63,080 nt of DNA from Gemmatimonadales bacterium (lineage in GTDB: Bacteria; Gemmatimonadota; Gemmatimonadetes; Gemmatimonadales; GWC2-71-9). The notes under the pieces were generated by a model, which was not told where the DNA came from, did no database searches, and saw only the letters and a list, made by a program, of their open reading frames with translations. The position numbers and the translations under genes were made by a program. Of the stretch, positions 45,261 to 55,124 are shown piece by piece (position 1 is the first letter of the stretch; each line of letters begins with the position of its first letter). The stretch covers positions 1 to 63,080 of the forward strand of contig DATEHG010000095.1 of the NCBI GenBank assembly GCA_035279705.1. Reading direction: 5' to 3'.

Positions 45261-45635
45261 CTATCGCTTCTCGCACATCAGCGCCAGCGTATTCCCCTCC
45301 GTGTCGTCGAAGAACGCCATCCAGAGATCGTGATCCGGCATTTTCGCGATGAGATGCGGCGGCGACTCGAACGCCACCCCCCGGGCCGACAGCTCGTCGT
45401 GCGCCGCCTCGATGTCCGGCACCTTGAAGTAGAGGACGGATCCGGGATGGTCGTGCTCCGGCGCCTCGGGTAGTGAGAGCATGAGCCGCAGCCCTGCCAG
45501 GTCGAAGAAGGCGAGCTTGGGCACCTGGAAAAGGAACCTGACGCCGAGTTTGTCCCGGTAGAAGGCGACCGCCCGGTCGAGGTTGCGGACGTTGGTGGCG
45601 ATCTGACCGAGGGGACCGAGTGCGAGAGGAGGCAT
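45261..45635 (-). CDS. VOC/glyoxalase family protein
   Basis: LGQIA..VRNLDRAVAFYRDKLG, YFKVPDI and FFDDTEGNTLAL motifs. Confidence 0.9.
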   Translation of the reverse strand: MPPLALGPLGQIATNVRNLDRAVAFYRDKLGVRFLFQVPKLAFFDLAGLRLMLSLPEAPEHDHPGSVLYFKVPDIEAAHDELSARGVAFESPPHLIAKMPDHDLWMAFFDDTEGNTLALMCEKR

Positions 45636-45701
45636 GGCGACCGCCTGAGAGGGGAGACGGAAGACGGGAGACGGGGGACGGAGCCACTTCCATCCCCCCA
45701 T

Positions 45702-46592
45702 CTATTTCAGTCGGCCCAGCCACTCCGTCAGCCACCGCCCGGTCCGCGCCAGCACATAGGTGCTGTCGTTGGCCAGGAAGTCCAGGTCGGCATGGTTGAG
45801 TCGGGGGTCGCTGTAGATGCCGCGCGCGCGGGCGGCCGCGCGGGCCTCGAGCAGCCCCTGCAGGGCATCCCGGGTCCCGATCCACAGCAGTCCATCGGAG
45901 GCCCTGACGGCGAGTTGCGGCGGGACACCTAAGCTGTCGGGAGAGACGTAGACCCGCTTGAGCAGCGGGATCAGCCCCGGATCAGTGGAGAACGAAAGCA
46001 GGGTGAGGTAACGGATGCGGAGCTGCCGGTCGGTCGCCGCCAGGAATCGTGCCGCGATCGAGTCACTGGCGCCGGCGCCGAGGCGCCCCGACATCCAGGC
46101 ATCCCCGAGATCATACTGTCCCAGCGGAACTCGGCGGAGGAGATCAGCCAGGAGCGCCGCGTCGCCCTTTGCGCCGCGCTGCCGCTGCAGATCGATCGCA
46201 TGCAAGGCGGGGAGCAGGTCTCCGATGTCCACCCCCGGCGGAGCCTTGAGCGTTCCGCCTGCGATGCCTTTCTGCCAAGCCTTCGCCGAATCGGCCGAGG
46301 CGGGATCGGTCAGCTCGGCGAGACGGGTGAGGGCCTCGATCGCGTCGATCCACGGCCGCTGGTCCGCCAGTGCCTGCCGTGTGGTGGCCCAGAGGCGGGG
46401 CGCGCTCGTCGAGCCGAGGATCGCCAGCAGGGTGTCCGCCGCCGGCTTTCCCTCGACCAGCCCCTCGTGCAGCTCGGAATAGTTGGCCCGGGTGGAGTCA
46501 CCGAACCGCAGCTGGGCCTGGGCGGCGAGTCGAGAAGACAAGAGACAAGAGACGAGAGCAGCGACCAGGCCGCCGCGGATTTGACGAATCAA
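45702..46592 (-). CDS. Hypothetical exported alpha-helical protein
   Basis: Signal-like N-terminus ending AAQAQ; helical body; no family recognised. Confidence 0.65.
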   Translation of the reverse strand: MIRQIRGGLVAALVSCLLSSRLAAQAQLRFGDSTRANYSELHEGLVEGKPAADTLLAILGSTSAPRLWATTRQALADQRPWIDAIEALTRLAELTDPASADSAKAWQKGIAGGTLKAPPGVDIGDLLPALHAIDLQRQRGAKGDAALLADLLRRVPLGQYDLGDAWMSGRLGAGASDSIAARFLAATDRQLRIRYLTLLSFSTDPGLIPLLKRVYVSPDSLGVPPQLAVRASDGLLWIGTRDALQGLLEARAAARARGIYSDPRLNHADLDFLANDSTYVLARTGRWLTEWLGRLK

Positions 46593-46608
46593 GAGTGATT
46601 CCTTTTTT

Positions 46609-46641
46609 GGCTTACGGCTTACGGCTTAAGGCTTATGGCTT
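46609..46641. repeat. GGCTTAY heptamer array
   Basis: GGCTTAC GGCTTAC GGCTTAA GGCTTAT GGCTT. Confidence 0.8.
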
Positions 46642-46646
46642 CCGTC

Positions 46647-48245
46647 TCACTCCTCCATCCCCATCCCCCACCGGATCAGCGACACCGGCAGCCCGCCGTA
46701 GGTCAGCAGCTCATCGTGGAATCGCTTGAGCGAGAAGCCGGCGCCATCCCTTGCCTCAATATCAGCGCGGAGGCGCAGCAACTCCCGGCGGCCGACCGCA
46801 TAGCAGAGCTGATAGGTTGGCCAGGCGCAGTACCGCGCCACCTCGAGCGCCGCCTTGGCCCGGTCCATCCCGAGGCGGTCCACCATCTGGTCGGTGGCCT
46901 GCTCGGGAGTAAGGCCGCGGGTGTGCAGGCCGATATCGACCACGATCCGGAGCGCCCGCCAGAGCAGATGCAGGCGCTGGAACAGCCGCTCCGCCGCGCC
47001 TTCGAAGAAGCCGTGCTCCGCCATCAGCTCTTCGCAGTAGAGCGCCCAGCCTTCCACCATGACCGGCGTCGTCGTGATGCGCCGCACCAGCGAAGGGTTG
47101 TCCTGGGCCATCAGCAGCTGCACGTGATGCCCCGGGTATCCCTCGTGGAGGGCGGTGGCACCGATCTCGAGGCGGCAGGGGTCGTGGGCCTCGCCCTGGC
47201 CCGCACGACTGGACACGTAGAAGCGCCCGACGCGATCGGACCCGAACACCGGCGGCGGCTCGTACGCCGCGAACGGAATCAGCGGCTCCAGGAAGCTCGG
47301 CGTCGGCACGACCTCAAGCGGCCCGTCGGGGATGGTCATCAGGTCCCGTGCCGCGACAAACCGGCGGGCGCGCTCCATCGCCTCCCGCATCGCGACGACG
47401 GGATCGGAGCCGAGCGGGTGGCTCGCGCGCAGGCGTTCGACCACGGTGCGCCAGCCGGCCCGGGGATCGATGGTGCGGGCCAGCGCCTCGACGTCGGCGG
47501 CCACTTCGTCCACGAGGTGCAACCCGTAGCGGTACAGCTCGGGCGCGGTCGACTGCAATGCGTGCTCGTGGTGCAAACGCCGGTTGAACTGCTCCTCGCC
47601 GATGGCGAACGACTGATCGTCGGGATGTACCCGGAGATCGCTCCCCAGCGCCCGGGCAAACCGGTCCAGCGCCGATTCGGCCTCGTCGCAGGCGGTGTCG
47701 AGCTCGCCCGCCAGGTCGGGCGCCTCCGCCGACGCCAGCTCGGTCGCCGCCCGAAGCAGCGAGCGCCCGCCGGAAGACATCGAAACCGCGGTGTCGAGAA
47801 AGATGCGGGGCGGGTCCTTGAGCGTCTCTCGCGCGGCGTCGAGAAAGGCTGGCGCGCCGCGGAGCCGCTCCAGCACGCTCTCCGCGCGGCTGATGTCCTG
47901 CGGGGCGGGACGGACGAGGAGACCGTGGAACGCCCGGAACAGGTGGTGCAGCCAGAAGCCGGGATTGTGCACGTGGGGCTTCTCGTGCTCGAACCGGAGC
48001 ACCGTGATTCGGATCTCGTCCAGGAACGCGGTGCGGTCGATCTCCTCCTGCAGGTCATCCACATCGAGCACCTCCACCGCGCCCGACAGCGAACGGAAGG
48101 CGGCCAGGTGCGCCCGCATCGAGGCGGCATCGAACGATCCCAGCCGGTGGTCCTCGCGGGTTTCGCCAGCGGCGGTCGCCGACGCCGGATCGAAGGCCCA
48201 GCGCAGGTCGAGATAGGAGCGGAACAGGTCGTCAGTAGCTGACAT
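46647..48245 (-). CDS. DUF885 family protein
   Basis: ALHEGYPGHHVQ, EGWALYCE, LWRALRIVVD.GLH and RYC..PTYQLCY..G motifs. Confidence 0.9.
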   Translation of the reverse strand: MSATDDLFRSYLDLRWAFDPASATAAGETREDHRLGSFDAASMRAHLAAFRSLSGAVEVLDVDDLQEEIDRTAFLDEIRITVLRFEHEKPHVHNPGFWLHHLFRAFHGLLVRPAPQDISRAESVLERLRGAPAFLDAARETLKDPPRIFLDTAVSMSSGGRSLLRAATELASAEAPDLAGELDTACDEAESALDRFARALGSDLRVHPDDQSFAIGEEQFNRRLHHEHALQSTAPELYRYGLHLVDEVAADVEALARTIDPRAGWRTVVERLRASHPLGSDPVVAMREAMERARRFVAARDLMTIPDGPLEVVPTPSFLEPLIPFAAYEPPPVFGSDRVGRFYVSSRAGQGEAHDPCRLEIGATALHEGYPGHHVQLLMAQDNPSLVRRITTTPVMVEGWALYCEELMAEHGFFEGAAERLFQRLHLLWRALRIVVDIGLHTRGLTPEQATDQMVDRLGMDRAKAALEVARYCAWPTYQLCYAVGRRELLRLRADIEARDGAGFSLKRFHDELLTYGGLPVSLIRWGMGMEE

Positions 48246-49560
48246 CGGCCGCTCCCGCCGCGATCCGGGTTCCCGCCGCCACGGCGAGCCGGTGGCATTC
48301 CAGGTCGGTCAGCGTCCGCGCCGAATCCTTGGCGGCGGCGAGGATGGCAGAGGCACCCTGCTGGTCCTCGGGATCGTAGCCATTCTCCCGCAGCCAGGAG
48401 CGCACATTGGACAGTCCGCTATGGGCCGAGATGGCGATCTCCTGGCCCCGGCCGAAGAGTCCGGCGGGCACGCTCGAGTAGACGAGATCCTGGAGCTCCG
48501 TCAGCCCCCGCTCGCGGGCCTTGAGGATCGCCGCAGCGTGGGTGCCCGACCCGGTCCGGAATACATCCTGGCCCACCATGGGATAGTTGTCGGGCAGCCT
48601 GACGCCGGTCGCGCGGGAAACCAGCTCGCAATATTCCGGCAGGCGGTCGAGGCCGGGGCGATCCATGCCGAGCAGGTGCAGGTTGAGCAGCAGCAGATCC
48701 ATCTCGGCGTTGCCGGCCCGCTCGCCGATGCCCAGCGCCGTGGCATGGATCCGGTGCGCGCCCGCTTCGATTGCCGCGAGGCAGTTGGCCAGTCCCAGGC
48801 CGCGGTCCCGATGGCCGTGCCAGTCGATGCCCACGGCATTGGCGCCGGCGTGAATGACTTCGTGGCGCACGAACTCGATCAGAGCCCGCACCCCTGACGG
48901 AGTGGCGTGCCCGGCCGTATCGGCCAGGCAGATGCGCCGGGCACCGGCGTCGATGGCGCGGGTGAGCAGCAGGTGCAGCGTCTCGGGGTGGGCCCGGGTG
49001 GCATCTTCGGCCACGAACATCACCGGATGTCCCTCGCCCACGGCGAGCCGGACGGCGCGCTCCACGCCCTCGAGCAGTTCCGCCAGCCGCCACCCTTCGA
49101 TAAAGTGTCTCAGCTCCGAAGCGCCGAGGAAGATGGCCGCCTCGATCGGGCAGCCGCTCTGCTGGGCGATCTCGAAGATCGGCTCGAGATCCCGCGCCAC
49201 CGGCCTGGCGGCGCAACTCGCCGCGATCGGCAGCCCGCGGCCGGCGATCTCGTTGGCCAGCGCGCGCGCCTGCGCCCGCATCCGCGGACCCGCGCCGGGA
49301 AGGCCGACGTCCACGACGTCGATCCCGAGCGCGACCATGAGGTGCAGCAGTTCCCGCTTGGCCTCCGGGGAGGGATCGTGGACCGAGGGGGCCTGCAGGC
49401 CGTCGCGCAGGGTCTGGTCGAACAGCTCGATGCGGGCCGCCGCAAAATCGAAGGAACGCCCTCGGGCGTTCCAGTCGTGAATCAGCCGGCGCGCCGGCAC
49501 CGCGCCGGGATCTCCGGGACGGAGTCGGGGATCAGGCCTGTCCGCCACGGATCTCCGCAT
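48232..49560 (-). CDS. LeuA/HMGL-like DRE-TIM metalloenzyme (2-isopropylmalate/homocitrate synthase-like) without a regulatory domain
   Basis: DQTLRDGLQ, EDATR, LADTAG, HGHRDRG and GIGERAGN motifs; ends after the accessory subdomain. Confidence 0.85.
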   Translation of the reverse strand: MRRSVADRPDPRLRPGDPGAVPARRLIHDWNARGRSFDFAAARIELFDQTLRDGLQAPSVHDPSPEAKRELLHLMVALGIDVVDVGLPGAGPRMRAQARALANEIAGRGLPIAASCAARPVARDLEPIFEIAQQSGCPIEAAIFLGASELRHFIEGWRLAELLEGVERAVRLAVGEGHPVMFVAEDATRAHPETLHLLLTRAIDAGARRICLADTAGHATPSGVRALIEFVRHEVIHAGANAVGIDWHGHRDRGLGLANCLAAIEAGAHRIHATALGIGERAGNAEMDLLLLNLHLLGMDRPGLDRLPEYCELVSRATGVRLPDNYPMVGQDVFRTGSGTHAAAILKARERGLTELQDLVYSSVPAGLFGRGQEIAISAHSGLSNVRSWLRENGYDPEDQQGASAILAAAKDSARTLTDLECHRLAVAAGTRIAAGAADVSY

Positions 49561-50515
49561 CGTCGCCCAGCGTGGCCGATCCCTGGTAACGCTCGACGAC
49601 CACCCGGTCGCCCAGCATCGAGTCGGCCAGCCGTGCGCGATCGATGATGGTCTTCCTGCCGATGACGCTGCTCCGGATTTGGCTGTCGCTGATCCGGGTG
49701 CCGCTCTCCACCGTGACGTTGGGACCGATGGTGCTGCGCTCGATGTGCACCCCGTCCTGGATCAGCACCGGGTCGATGAACGTGACACCGGGCAAGTTTG
49801 GTTTCCGGGCTGCGCCCTTGCGGAGCAGGATTTCGTTGGTCTCGAGCAGGGTGTCCAGCTTGCCGCAGTCGTACCAGCCGCCCACTTCGGCTGTGAGAAT
49901 CCTGCGGCCGTGGTCGATCATGTACTGGAAGGCGTCGGTGAGGTAGTACTCGCCCTTGTTGGCCGGTGCGGCAAGGACGTGATCGATCCCCGCCCAGAGC
50001 GCGGCCACATCCTTGATGTAGTACAGGCCGATGTTGGCCAGCTTCGAGATCGGGGTGGACGGCTTCTCGACGATCTTCGTCATGTAGCCGTCTTTGTCTG
50101 TGACCACCACGCCGAAGCGCTGGTAGTCCTCGACTTCCTTGGCCCAGATGATCCCGTCGGCGCTGCTGCGGTTGATCAGGGTCAGATCCGCCTCGAACAC
50201 CGTGTCGACGAAGATGATCAGGACCGGACCGGTGACGAACGGCCGGGCCAGGTTGATGGCCCCCGCAGTCCCGTCCTGGACCTTCTGCTCGATGAACCGG
50301 CTGGGCCACCGGTAGCGCCCGGGGGTGTAGGCCTCGATCTGCTCCTTGAGGTGACCGGTGATGCAGATCAGCTCCGAAACCTCGAGCCCCTCGAGGGTGT
50401 CCATCACCCAGTCCATGACCGGGCGCCCCGCTACCCTGAGCAGCGGCTTGGGAATCAGGTGGGTGTGGGGCCGGAGCCGGGTGCCCTTCCCCGCGAGCGG
50501 GACGATGACTTGCAT
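49532..50515 (-). CDS. Sugar-phosphate nucleotidyltransferase with C-terminal left-handed beta-helix
   Basis: LAGKGTRLRPHT..PKPL, VEKP, EYYLTDA and WYDCG motifs, followed by hexapeptide-like repeats. Confidence 0.9.
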   Translation of the reverse strand: MQVIVPLAGKGTRLRPHTHLIPKPLLRVAGRPVMDWVMDTLEGLEVSELICITGHLKEQIEAYTPGRYRWPSRFIEQKVQDGTAGAINLARPFVTGPVLIIFVDTVFEADLTLINRSSADGIIWAKEVEDYQRFGVVVTDKDGYMTKIVEKPSTPISKLANIGLYYIKDVAALWAGIDHVLAAPANKGEYYLTDAFQYMIDHGRRILTAEVGGWYDCGKLDTLLETNEILLRKGAARKPNLPGVTFIDPVLIQDGVHIERSTIGPNVTVESGTRISDSQIRSSVIGRKTIIDRARLADSMLGDRVVVERYQGSATLGDDAEIRGGQA

Positions 50516-50517
50516 GA

Positions 50518-50868
50518 TTATTTCCTGCCGTAGCGGTCTTCCAGCCGGACCAGGTCGTCCAGGTCCGGTGTCGAGGCCTCGAGCACGTCGCTGTCGACCA
50601 CGGCTTCGATCTGGTGCACCATGGTGGGCGGGATGTGGACGCTCTCGCCCGCCTTGAACGCCCGGGCCACGAGATCGTTGCCCGTCTTCGTGCGGAGAAT
50701 AAGCTCGCCCCGGAGGACGTGCATCGTCTCGTCCTTCCGGTTGTGATACTGGAGGCTCAGGATCTGCCCGGCCTTCACATGCAGCACCTTGCCCACGTAC
50801 CGGTCGGTGCGTGCCCAGACCAGCTCGTAGCCCCAGGGTTTGTCCACCCGATACGGCACTTCGGCCAT
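50518..50868 (-). CDS. Cupin-domain protein (mannose-6-phosphate isomerase type II C-terminal-like)
   Basis: KPWGYE, LSLQYH..KDE, H.I.A and LEASTP motifs. ATG at 50868. Confidence 0.88.
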   Translation of the reverse strand: MAEVPYRVDKPWGYELVWARTDRYVGKVLHVKAGQILSLQYHNRKDETMHVLRGELILRTKTGNDLVARAFKAGESVHIPPTMVHQIEAVVDSDVLEASTPDLDDLVRLEDRYGRK

Positions 50869-51452
50869 CAGCCCTCGGCTGTCAGGAGATTGAATGACGA
50901 TGGGCTGGTGATGCACGCCCGCACGCAGATCCCGCACCCCACGCACCCTTCCGCCCGGATCACCGGGTGACCGCCCTCGTCCATGCTCAGGGCAGCCTCC
51001 CCCACCGGACAGGCGCGGGCGCAGACCCCGCAGGGAGTGCCGTGGAAGGTCACACAGCGATCCGGAATCAGTTGCAGCGAAGCAAGACGATACCCTGCCC
51101 AGCCATTCGGCGGGAGGGTCAGCGCGTCGGTCGGGCAGGCCTTGGCGCAGGGCATGTCCGGACAGACGGTACAGGGCTGCCGGTCGGGATCGATGTAAGG
51201 CGTCCCTGCCGCCAGCCCTCCGTCGGGCGACACCCGCGCGATCGCGTGCGGGGGACAGACCTCGATGCACGCGCTGCACCGGGTACAGGCCGCCAGGAAG
51301 GCGATTTCGGCCAGGGCACCAGGCGGCCGCATGTAGCGCTTCTGGACCAAACGCTCTTCGGTGCGGGCCACCAGGTCCTCGACCCAGCGCCCCACCGCAC
51401 CGCGGAAGAAGTCGCGGCGGTCTCCACCCGCAAAGTCCCGGAAGTCTACCAT
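50868..51452 (-). CDS. 4Fe-4S dicluster ferredoxin-type protein (NapG/MauM-like)
   Basis: RPPGA..E..F...CTRCSACIEVCP, CTVCPDMPCAKACP, C....GTPCGVCARACP and CVGCGICVRAC. Confidence 0.85.
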   Translation of the reverse strand: MVDFRDFAGGDRRDFFRGAVGRWVEDLVARTEERLVQKRYMRPPGALAEIAFLAACTRCSACIEVCPPHAIARVSPDGGLAAGTPYIDPDRQPCTVCPDMPCAKACPTDALTLPPNGWAGYRLASLQLIPDRCVTFHGTPCGVCARACPVGEAALSMDEGGHPVIRAEGCVGCGICVRACITSPSSFNLLTAEG

Positions 51453-54451
51453 GCCTGCTCGAAGCTGAAGACCCAGCGGAACCGGATTTGCTCGCCGGCG
51501 TGGGCGCCATCGACACCCAGTTCGGGCCGGCTCACATACAACGGCACGTCGAACCGGGTCACGAAATCGGTCTGGCCGATGCGATGGGCCATTCTGACCC
51601 CGAGGCCGGCATCCCCGGCAAACTTGAGCCCGGTTTCTCCCTGGACCGCCGCCACATCGCCGTTGGCCAGCGCCGCATCTCCGAACGCCGCGAGATCGAT
51701 CCGCCGGAACAGCTTCCCCTTCCCCTTCTGGTCGAAGGCATTCCACTCCAGCTCCCCACCGAGCGAGTACGCCTGGGTGGCCGCGGCCAGCGGCGAGAGC
51801 CCGCGGACCCCCGCACCACCCGGCGTCTGATAGTGGAAGTCCTCTCCCGCCAGCGGAGAGCCCGCGGACCGGAGGAATGGGTTGCGGAACTGCTCGTACG
51901 GGTCCGCGCCGGCGAGGAAAATCTGCCGCTGGCGCACCACCGGATCTCCGGATTCGGAGACGCCCGCGAAGGCCCGCCAGTTGGTCCTGAACTTGGTGCC
52001 GAGCGTCCGGCGTGCGGTAAGTTCGGCGGTTCCGTGGAAGTAGAGGCCGGTATCGTAGCGCCGAGCCGTCGAGACACCGGGACCGAGCTGGGAGTACATC
52101 ACGCCGCCGCCCACCGAGGTGGCCGCGGCTACGGTCCAGCGCCCATGCCGGGCTTCGCTCCTGAGGAAGAGCTGTCCTTCGAGCGTGCCGGCGTCATCGT
52201 ACTGGCCCGCCACCAGGTACCGCATGTCGTAGACGTCGAGCCACTGGAGCGAGACGCCGCCGGTTGTCCTCGACCGCGTGCCGAGCCGCTCGAGCTTGTC
52301 CTGGGCAAACTCGACCCGGGCGCCGATCCGGCCTTCCTGGCGCAGGAATTCGAAGGTCTGGCTGGCACCAGGGGCCCGGAGCCAGGTCGGGTTGCCCGCC
52401 CGCAGGAAGAGATGCCAGTCGCTCACGCTGGCGTCGTCGCCGCCGATGTGGGTGTTGTACCCGAAGTAGAGCTGGTTCAGCTCGAACATCCCCAGGTAGT
52501 CCGACCGCACTCGGATGCCGGCCAGGAGCCCGCCCGGATCCGTGTACCAGAGCGTCGGCGCCCACAGCTCGGTCAGGCGGTCCCGCGCCGTCGGTCTCGT
52601 GAAGAGGTAGTCGACCTTCCGGTTGACCCGGTGCGGGGAGAGGTTAAACCCCAGCTTCCGGTCATTGTTCAGCATGTTCCAGTCGTGAGTGCGGATCTCG
52701 GGGTCGAGCACCACCTGCTTCGGCTTGCCCTCCGTCCGTACCTCCACCCACTCCCGCTCGGCGAGGCCGTCCGTCTCTACTCTAGCGGTATCCCGGTCGC
52801 TGATCACTTCGACCGTCACGGGGACCATTCCCGGCGCCTTGCGCAGCACTTCGACGCGGGTGACGTAGCCACTGTCCGCCTGCCCGCCCGCCCGCCTGTC
52901 CGCCTTCACGCGCCCCACCGCATAGTCGTACAGCTCCGTTGAGTGGAGCCACTGAGCGAAGAACGTCGACAGGTCCCGGTGCGACACCTCCTCGGCGACC
53001 TCCCGGAACGCCGCCTCGTCCACATGCTTGAGCTTCCACCGGTCATAATAGGTCCGGAGGATCTGCCGCATCACGGAATCGCCCACGATGCCGCGGAGCT
53101 GGTGGTAGAACAGCTCGCCGCGGCTGTAGATCATCGTGTTGTAGGTGGCAAAATCGCGGTACTTCTCGCTCTGCAGGCTGGTCGGCTCCGACCGGCCGTC
53201 GAGATCGAGGCCCAGGATCCCCTCTTCCAGGCCGTGCCAGTCGCTCCCGCGGCCCGCGGCCTCGTCGAACCAGCTGGTCTGGAAGGAGGTGAACCCCTCG
53301 TCGAGATAGCCCTCCCGCCACTCGTTGTTGGCCAGGATGCCCATGACGTAGTTGTGGCCCACCTCGTGGACGATCAGCCCCTGCCCAGCCGAGCCGTTGT
53401 GCACCATCATGGGGAATTCGGTGCCGCCCCCTTCGATCCGGTGCACGTTGGTGAGCTGGGGCCAGGGAAAGGAGCCGAACAGCTGGTCAAGCCACGTCAG
53501 CGCCGCCACCGTGCGGGTCACGGCAATGCCGCCGCCCCAGCTCTTCTCGTCCCCCGGCTGGTAGAGCACATGCACCGTCGTCTTTCCCGCCTTGCCCTGC
53601 TCGTACTTATAGGCCGGGTTCATTGACATGGCGAAGTGGTGCACATCCTTCGCGTACCAGATCAGCCGCTTGCGGCCCTGGTCCACCGGCGCCGAGCAGC
53701 GCGTCTTCATCGCCGCGTCGGCGGCGTTGCCGTACCAGTCGCGCTGGTATTCGATCGGCTGGTCAGGCACCATCGCGGCGTGCTCCCAGCCCGGATCACC
53801 GCAGACGGGCACGCCCGTCGCCCCCATCACCTCGTCGGCCGGCAGATCGAGATCGACCAGGAACGAGCCGAACTCCCCGTAGAACTCGCCCGCCGGCACC
53901 AGCGCGTGCTCGTTCCAGCCGTGCTTGTCGTAGGTGACCACCCGCGGGTACCACTGGGCAAAGTCGAACCGGCGCCCCTGGCGTCCCTGCCGCCGCGGCG
54001 TGGTCGAAGGCCGGGCGTCCCATTGCATGGTGACCGTGAGCTCGCCGCCCGGCGCCAGCGGCTCCGGCAGCACGAACCGCACGATGGTGCTGTCCGGCGC
54101 GAGGGGATAGATCGGCGTGAGCACATGACCGCCGATTGTCACCTCGCTCACGTGATTGAAGCCGAAGTCGGGATCCTTCAGGTCGTTGAACCGCCGCCGG
54201 CCTTCGACGGAATCAGTGGCCGACCAGCGGGACCCGGGCCGGAAGGCGTTGAGATAGAGATGGAAGGAGATGGTCCGGAGCGTGTCCGGCGAATGATTCT
54301 GGTAGCGCACCGATTCTGTCCCGGCCAGCACCCCGCTCGGCTCGTCGAGCCGGGCCCGGATGTCGTACGCCACCGCCTGCTGCCAGTAAGGGGCCGACGA
54401 CTGCACCGGCGAGGCGATTTGAAGGGCCAGCAGAGTTGTGAAAAATGTCAT
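51446..54451 (-). CDS. M1-family zinc aminopeptidase fused to a C-terminal outer-membrane beta-barrel-like domain
   Basis: Signal peptide; GGTEFP exopeptidase-like motif; HEVGH-x18-E (NEWREGYLDEG); YSRG. C-terminal strands with GVRG loop and aromatic end WVFSFEQAW. Confidence 0.85.
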   Translation of the reverse strand: MTFFTTLLALQIASPVQSSAPYWQQAVAYDIRARLDEPSGVLAGTESVRYQNHSPDTLRTISFHLYLNAFRPGSRWSATDSVEGRRRFNDLKDPDFGFNHVSEVTIGGHVLTPIYPLAPDSTIVRFVLPEPLAPGGELTVTMQWDARPSTTPRRQGRQGRRFDFAQWYPRVVTYDKHGWNEHALVPAGEFYGEFGSFLVDLDLPADEVMGATGVPVCGDPGWEHAAMVPDQPIEYQRDWYGNAADAAMKTRCSAPVDQGRKRLIWYAKDVHHFAMSMNPAYKYEQGKAGKTTVHVLYQPGDEKSWGGGIAVTRTVAALTWLDQLFGSFPWPQLTNVHRIEGGGTEFPMMVHNGSAGQGLIVHEVGHNYVMGILANNEWREGYLDEGFTSFQTSWFDEAAGRGSDWHGLEEGILGLDLDGRSEPTSLQSEKYRDFATYNTMIYSRGELFYHQLRGIVGDSVMRQILRTYYDRWKLKHVDEAAFREVAEEVSHRDLSTFFAQWLHSTELYDYAVGRVKADRRAGGQADSGYVTRVEVLRKAPGMVPVTVEVISDRDTARVETDGLAEREWVEVRTEGKPKQVVLDPEIRTHDWNMLNNDRKLGFNLSPHRVNRKVDYLFTRPTARDRLTELWAPTLWYTDPGGLLAGIRVRSDYLGMFELNQLYFGYNTHIGGDDASVSDWHLFLRAGNPTWLRAPGASQTFEFLRQEGRIGARVEFAQDKLERLGTRSRTTGGVSLQWLDVYDMRYLVAGQYDDAGTLEGQLFLRSEARHGRWTVAAATSVGGGVMYSQLGPGVSTARRYDTGLYFHGTAELTARRTLGTKFRTNWRAFAGVSESGDPVVRQRQIFLAGADPYEQFRNPFLRSAGSPLAGEDFHYQTPGGAGVRGLSPLAAATQAYSLGGELEWNAFDQKGKGKLFRRIDLAAFGDAALANGDVAAVQGETGLKFAGDAGLGVRMAHRIGQTDFVTRFDVPLYVSRPELGVDGAHAGEQIRFRWVFSFEQAW

Positions 54452-54490
54452 TGATACGATCAGTGCAGTGGGAAGGAAGGGAAACCAAGT

Positions 54491-54520
54491 CTCTCGTCTC
54501 TTGTCCCTTGTCTCTCGACT
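54491..54520. repeat. Heptamer array (CTCTCGT/CTCTTGT)n
   Basis: CTCTCGT CTCTTGT CCCTTGT CTCTCGA. Confidence 0.7.
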
Positions 54521-54590
54521 CCAGAAACTAACAAGTGCCGGAGACTCTCGCCCCCGGCACTCGAAATGAAATCGCATCCACGCCGCAGAA

Positions 54591-55124
54591 CTACCGGACC
54601 AGTTGCCTCCGCAGGCTCGCCACCCTCAGCCGGAGCGAACCGTCGTAGATCCGGTCACCCACCCGCACCACCACCCCACCCAGCAGCGACGCGTCTTCCG
54701 AGAACCGGGCCAGCACTTCCTTGCCCGTCACCTCGCTCAGCGCCTTGACGATCTCCTTCTGCAGCGCGGCCGACGCCGGACGCGCCACCGTGACGCTGGC
54801 GCGGACCCGGTTGAGCTTGGTGTCGAGCAGCCCCTGGTATCGCGTGGCGATGAGCGACAGGATGCCCTGGCGCCCCCGCTTGATCACCGCCTGGAGGAAG
54901 AGGATCAGCGGCTTCGGCGCCCTGGGCAGCGACTGGGCCAGGATCTTCCCCTTCTCCGCCTTCGTCACCCGGGGCGACATCAGCACGGCCTCGATGGCCG
55001 GCGTGGTGCTGATTGCCCCCGCCACCGCCTCGATCCACTCGCCGTACACCGTGGCTTTCCCCTCGCGGTCCGCGATCGCGAACAGCGCCTCGGCGTAGTT
55101 GAGCGCTACCGATTCCGCTCTCAA
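54591..55124 (-). CDS. atpH: F0F1 ATP synthase subunit delta
   Basis: VALNYAEALF, SPRV...EK and LLGGVVVRVGDRIYDGSLR motifs; operon position. Confidence 0.95.
   Translation of the reverse strand: MRAESVALNYAEALFAIADREGKATVYGEWIEAVAGAISTTPAIEAVLMSPRVTKAEKGKILAQSLPRAPKPLILFLQAVIKRGRQGILSLIATRYQGLLDTKLNRVRASVTVARPASAALQKEIVKALSEVTGKEVLARFSEDASLLGGVVVRVGDRIYDGSLRLRVASLRRQLVR

Noticed and set aside
40158-49560. LeuA-like plus IDH/IPMDH-family genes as a leucine or alpha-aminoadipate lysine pathway cluster
   Set aside because: They are ~7 kb apart with unrelated genes between and no aconitase-type subunits; the dehydrogenase has the isocitrate-type RSVNVALR motif.
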